From the NCBI GenBank assembly GCA_013265495.1, contig MU058658.1:62001-126000 (forward strand): a stretch of DNA of 64,000 nucleotides. The letters are read 5' to 3'. Under the pieces are notes generated by a model. That model ran no database searches. It saw only the letters and a list, made by a program, of their open reading frames with translations, and had not been told where the DNA came from. Numbering within the stretch: position 1 is the stretch's first letter; each line of letters begins with the position of its first letter. This document shows positions 62,887 to 64,000 of this stretch, one piece after another. The position numbers were made by a program, and so were the translations under genes. Source of the stretch: Vicugna vicugna. Lineage: Eukaryota.

Positions 62887-63282
62887 CTGTAATGACAGGC
62901 TCCTAATCAGCAGAGAGCTGACCCTGAGGCCTGGGATACAGAAATGTCTTTATACTGAACCAACGTTGAATTGCACATGTTACTCTCTGGGTGCTGTAGT
63001 CTGGTAGAAAATAAACAGTACCTGAAATATCTTGCCAGTGAGTCATAAGCCTCGGTGTTACTCATGCCTCTGCCATCTTTCTCTATCTTCCTGCAATCTG
63101 CTATCCAGTCCCATCAATTTTGCTTCCTAAATCTCTCTCAGACCTATCCTGTCGTTTCCATCTCCCCCACCGTTGTTCCATGCTTCCATCTTTGACTTAG
63201 AATAAGGCATTTGCATCCCACCTCTTCCAGCCGCGGCTAAGCTGACCCCTCCCGGAGCCCCCTGCGCTGCGGGTGGCATTGC

Positions 63283-63960
63283 AGTCTGGTGCAGCCACTG
63301 TGGAAAGCATTATGGAGAGTCCTCAAAAGACTATTTTAGACTTACCATATGATCCAGCAATTCCACTTCTGGACATCTGTCCAGAGAAAACTCTAACTTG
63401 AAAAGATACATGCACCACAGTGTTGATGGCAGCACCATTTACAACAGTCAAGATGTGGAAGCAACCTACATGTCCATTGACAAATCACTGGATAAAGAAG
63501 TTGCGGTGTATTTATACCATGGGACACTACTGAGTCATAAAAAAGAAATACAATAATGCCATTTGCAGCAGCATGGATGGACCTGGAGATTGTCATACTA
63601 AGTGAAATAAGCCAAAAAGAGAAGGAAAAATGCCATATGATATCACTTATATGTGAAATCTAGAAAGAAAAAATGACACGAATGAATTTATTTACAAAGC
63701 AGACTAACAGACACCGAAGACAAACTTATGGTTACCAAAAGGGAAAGGAGGAGGGGAAGGATAAACTAAGAGTTTGGGATTAGCAGATACAAACTGCCAT
63801 ATATAAAATAAACAACCAGGGATAGCAGAGGGAACTATATTCAATACCTTGTAATGGCCTACAGTGAAAAAGGAGTATATATACATGTATAACTGAATCA
63901 CTATGCTGTACACCAGAGGTTCACACAACATTGCAAATCAACTGTACTTCAATAAATAAA
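63283..63960 (+). mobile_element. L1 3' end in ZIM3 intron (antisense to the gene)
   Basis: ORF2 C-terminal and 3'UTR sequence ending CTTCAATAAATAAA. Confidence 0.88.
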
Positions 63961-64000
63961 TTAACTGACCCCTTCGAATCTATTTTTCACAGCGTGGAGA

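Overview
Mammalian genomic DNA, very probably camelid (alpaca/llama/camel), judged from about 15 copies of a tRNA-derived Vic-1-type SINE plus abundant young L1 3' ends. The right end identifies the locus as the distal PEG3 imprinted domain. It holds a disrupted USP29 (+ strand, ATG at 55168, early frameshift/stop, homology breaking at ~56860 into ERVL-like sequence) tail-to-tail with a disrupted KRAB zinc-finger gene ZIM3 (- strand, 59067-62886). I find no intact protein-coding gene; the long ORFs in the track come from GC-rich, repeat or low-complexity sequence. The left ~50 kb is a repeat-dense gene desert with CpG-rich patches and clear regulatory grammar: three same-orientation kappaB-like + RFX X-box modules about 3 kb apart (23.7, 26.9, 29.8 kb), two strong divergent CTCF motifs (21.5, 45.7 kb), an E-box-rich element (16.3-16.9 kb) and an intact-looking NRF1/ZNF143/ETS promoter at 50.1 kb. 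Gene and repeat names come from recalled sequences, not database searches, and repeat boundaries are approximate.
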